A stretch of DNA of 32,000 bases from Gemmata obscuriglobus (lineage in GTDB: Bacteria; Planctomycetota; Planctomycetia; Gemmatales; Gemmataceae): positions 4,290,001 through 4,322,000 of the forward strand of contig NZ_CP042911.1 in the NCBI RefSeq assembly GCF_008065095.1, written 5' to 3'. This document shows, piece by piece, positions 31,494 to 32,000 of this stretch (position 1 is the first letter of the stretch; every line of letters starts with the position of its first letter). A model generated the notes under the pieces. It was given only the letters and a program-made list of their open reading frames with translations. It ran no database searches and was not told the origin of the DNA. The position numbers and the translations under genes were made by a program.

Positions 31494-32000
31494 TTACCGC
31501 GTTTCGGGCTTGCTGGCGGCTTCGGCTTCGTGGGCGTCGATCAGCCCGTCGCCGTCGCGGTCGAGACGCCGGAAGTCGTCTTCCGATCCCAGGAACTCGC
31601 GCCGGGACACGTCGCCGTCGCGGTTCCGATCCATCTTCTGGAACCAGGTCGGACCCACTGCCGATCGCGGTTCCCGGGGCCGGTCGATGGGCGCCTCGAT
31701 CAACCACGGGCCGGCGGGGTGGCTCGCGAGCGTCACCCGTAAGTGCTGCGGTACATCCGCCAAACGGAACGACCCGTTCTTTGCGGTGGCGAAGTGCTTT
31801 GTCAGCTTCGGCAACTGTCGCAACTCGCGCTGCGACAGTTGCCCGTTGCCGTCCGCGTCGATGATTCCGAACAAGCCGTGCCCCGCCTCGGTCACGTTTG
31901 CGGCGACCAGCCCACGCGCCGCCAGAGTCGCCAGCGGCTGGATCTTGTCCAGGGCCGCGAGCAGTTCCTTCTCGAAGACCTTGCCGTCGCCGTCGGCGTC
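31494..32000 (-). CDS. EF-hand calcium-binding domain protein; 5' end runs off the right window edge
   Basis: Canonical EF loops DADGNGQLSQRE, DRNRDGDVSRREF and DRDGDGLIDAHE are present. The track starts the ORF at a GTG (31895), but the frame stays open to 32000 and my translation there gives another loop (DADGDGKVFEKELLAALDKIQ...). The true start is therefore outside the window. Confidence 0.75.
   Translation of the reverse strand, partial: DADGDGKVFEKELLAALDKIQPLATLAARGLVAANVTEAGHGLFGIIDADGNGQLSQRELRQLPKLTKHFATAKNGSFRLADVPQHLRVTLASHPAGPWLIEAPIDRPREPRSAVGPTWFQKMDRNRDGDVSRREFLGSEDDFRRLDRDGDGLIDAHEAEAASKPETR

Overview
This is a high-GC, gene-dense chromosomal segment. All calls come from reading the translations and the DNA by eye; no searches were run. 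The gene content looks planctomycetal, probably Gemmataceae-like (inference). Supporting content: an ECF sigma factor fused to a TM helix and about 14 WD40 repeats, secreted PQQ-like beta-propellers, an HME-RND metal-efflux operon with no outer-membrane factor, and GACAGGAT-type palindromic intergenic repeats.

Gene order, left to right:
- (-) GT-B glycosyltransferase, truncated by the left edge and absent from the ORF track, preceded by a TPR protein.
- A roughly 2.6 kb, visibly lower-GC decayed patch (about 1988-4611). It holds an IS5-family transposase relic interrupted by a roughly 0.3 kb insert carrying an 85-bp palindrome, short hairpin repeats, and a MORN/LRR-like gene broken by an in-frame stop and a frameshift.
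- (-) proB, then an ECF sigma factor and a putative anti-sigma factor with a 4-bp overlap.
- (+) S41 peptidase, nadC, birA.
- (+) A four-gene block: PaaK-like ligase, two secreted PQQ-like propellers, and an N-domain-only PaaK-like protein.
- (+) A metal-efflux operon: consensus-like promoter, small Cys/His-rich exported protein, His-rich MFP, CusA/CzcA-family pump with a large periplasmic insertion, and a small secreted protein.
- A 330-bp intergenic region packed with three GC-rich palindromes, one with perfect 29-bp arms.
- (+) ECF-sigma/TM/WD40 fusion.
- (-) A 995-aa secreted tri-domain hydrolase/gluconolactonase fusion.
- A second copy of the 79-bp palindromic repeat.
- (-) An EF-hand protein that runs off the right edge.

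The best candidates for something undescribed are the PaaK/propeller block (10.7-17.9 kb) and the lineage-specific small accessory proteins of the RND operon (18.3-24.3 kb). No CRISPR array, tRNA, rRNA or recognisable defence genes were seen. The many long R/G/A/P-rich ORFs in the track are antisense or off-frame shadows typical of high-GC DNA.
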